From assembly GCF_022045235.1 (NCBI RefSeq), contig NW_027266319.1:16864001-16928000 (forward strand): a stretch of DNA of 64,000 nt, written 5' to 3'. Positions within the stretch are counted from its first letter, which is position 1, and the number at the start of each line of letters is the position of its first letter. A model generated the notes under the pieces. That model was given only the letters and a program-made list of their open reading frames with translations, was not told the origin of the DNA and did not search any database. The translations under genes and the position numbers were made by a program. The DNA comes from Haliotis cracherodii. Taxonomy: Eukaryota. This document shows, piece after piece, positions 62,561 through 64,000 of the stretch.

Positions 62561-63099
62561 TAGAGCACGGAACAATTATTTCTACTTGTATTGTGTTCCT
62601 ATCAAATACACACAATTAGTGGTCTCCCTTTAAAATACAAATAGGTTCGTACCAATTGATTTCTAACACATTTTTTTGTGACTTGAGGTTAATTAGCTTT
62701 GCAAAACCCACCTGCATGTAGTGACGTTTTCCTGACGCAAGAAAGTAAACTTTGCAACATCCAACTACATGTACTGTGTGCATCACTCTGACGATATGTT
62801 TCATAGCGACAATAATAATGAGGTTGATTTAACAAAACACCTGCTCTTTTGCTCATTAATATTGCAAAAAAATGTTACAGCAATGAATAACATTTTGAAT
62901 TTTGTTTCAAACAATATTTTGCAGAGATATTTTCACCCACGCATGTGACGTCACAATAGTTCAGACTGCGCTCCACAGATAAGCTAGCGTTTACACACGT
63001 CACAGGTATCCATAAAATGAACAATGTAAAAAGGTGCTGAGAATATGAACCATCCTTCATCACCCGCTTCTATGCGATTAAAATCTTCAAGTTTAGGGT

Positions 63100-64000
63100 C
63101 CTGTGTTACAACAAAACAACAGCTTTAATGAAAGAAATCAGAGAACTGATGAAATGATAGTAAAGGTGTAATGACCATTCATGGCTGTGTCCTTTATGTT
63201 GGGCGATACATGCACGACACCGAGACGGCATACTGATGATTAACTTGCGTATGGTTACCCTTGGTACTGGCCGCCATACCGCCTGCAGAGCTGCCCCAAA
63301 CTGGGCTACGTTGACGGTTGCTGGGTCTCTGGCGTACGTTCCAATCCCGAGGACATCCCTAATTACAAGATGCTCTTTAGGGGACATGTCAGGGGACTTA
63401 GCGGGCCAGTCGCGAGATGCTCGGTGAGGACCTGGGCACGATCATGACATGGTCGCCAACAACGTTTTCTGCCATCGGTGAATCGGAGGCAAACCTTGAT
63501 TCGTCTGTAAACATGGTGTAACGCCATTGACGTACAGTCCGTGCCTGGTGTTGCCTAGCCAACCCAATCTTGGCCGCCTATAGTACGCTGATACCGTTCT
63601 CAAGACGCCTTGCTTTCAGGCCGGTTTGTAACAGTAAATGTTGACATCCGTCTGCTTGTTATTATGCGGAATTCTCTATTGATAACAGGAGCAGATTTGA
63701 ATCTATGGCCCAGTGCAATTAATGTAATGTAGGTCTCGTACGTTTTGGCCTGCCACGCCCAGTTTTCATTGCAGCCCCACCCGTTTGACGGTACTTGTCC
63801 CACAGTCGAGTAATTACACATTTTGATTTGCCAAACATTCGAGCAACATGGGATGTTGACGCACCCTCCCCCTGTGCCGTACCCACAGTTCACCATTTCG
63901 TCTGTTCGGAGGCATTTTCAAGCGTGTGCTCAGCTCAGTTGCATTTATAGACATAGAGTCCTCCTTCATGTGCACAAACCTTGGTTTCTGTGTTCATAAG
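63100..64000 (-). mobile_element. degenerate Tc1-like transposon
   Basis: WRYTMFTDESRF, WPAKSPDMSP and SMPSRCRACIA motifs; internally deleted and frameshifted. Confidence 0.75.

Overview
AT-rich eukaryotic genomic DNA from an invertebrate. The SINE repertoire looks molluscan, possibly gastropod, but that is inference only. The window is dominated by a tandem cluster of nine alpha-tubulin genes: two on the + strand (copies 1-2) and seven on the - strand (copies 3-9), arranged tail-to-tail around a ~2 kb 36-bp satellite. All nine have the same structure: an ATG-only coding exon 1, a 223-bp exon 2 and a 1130-bp exon 3, giving 451 aa (MREC... to ...EEEGEEY, Lys40 present). Seven copies encode an identical protein, copy 4 has a TCA>TGA nonsense change at Ser38, and copy 7 is a distinct isotype (V7/I110/I122). 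Outside the CDS the copies share two conserved cis-elements. The first is a promoter module of two or three RFX/X-box-like sites just upstream of the TATA box. The second is a short 3'UTR with a GUUCC/GGAAC stem-loop 5 nt before AAUAAA. Together these suggest a co-regulated tubulin supply battery, probably for cilia or flagella (inference). Introns and flanks are a patchwork of paralog types, with apparent conversion tracts, an intronic inversion and a duplicated exon-end/donor. Spacers hold four SINE-like families, MITEs, a foldback element, Tc1/mariner remnants, Penelope-like hammerhead-type palindromes and several different minisatellites.
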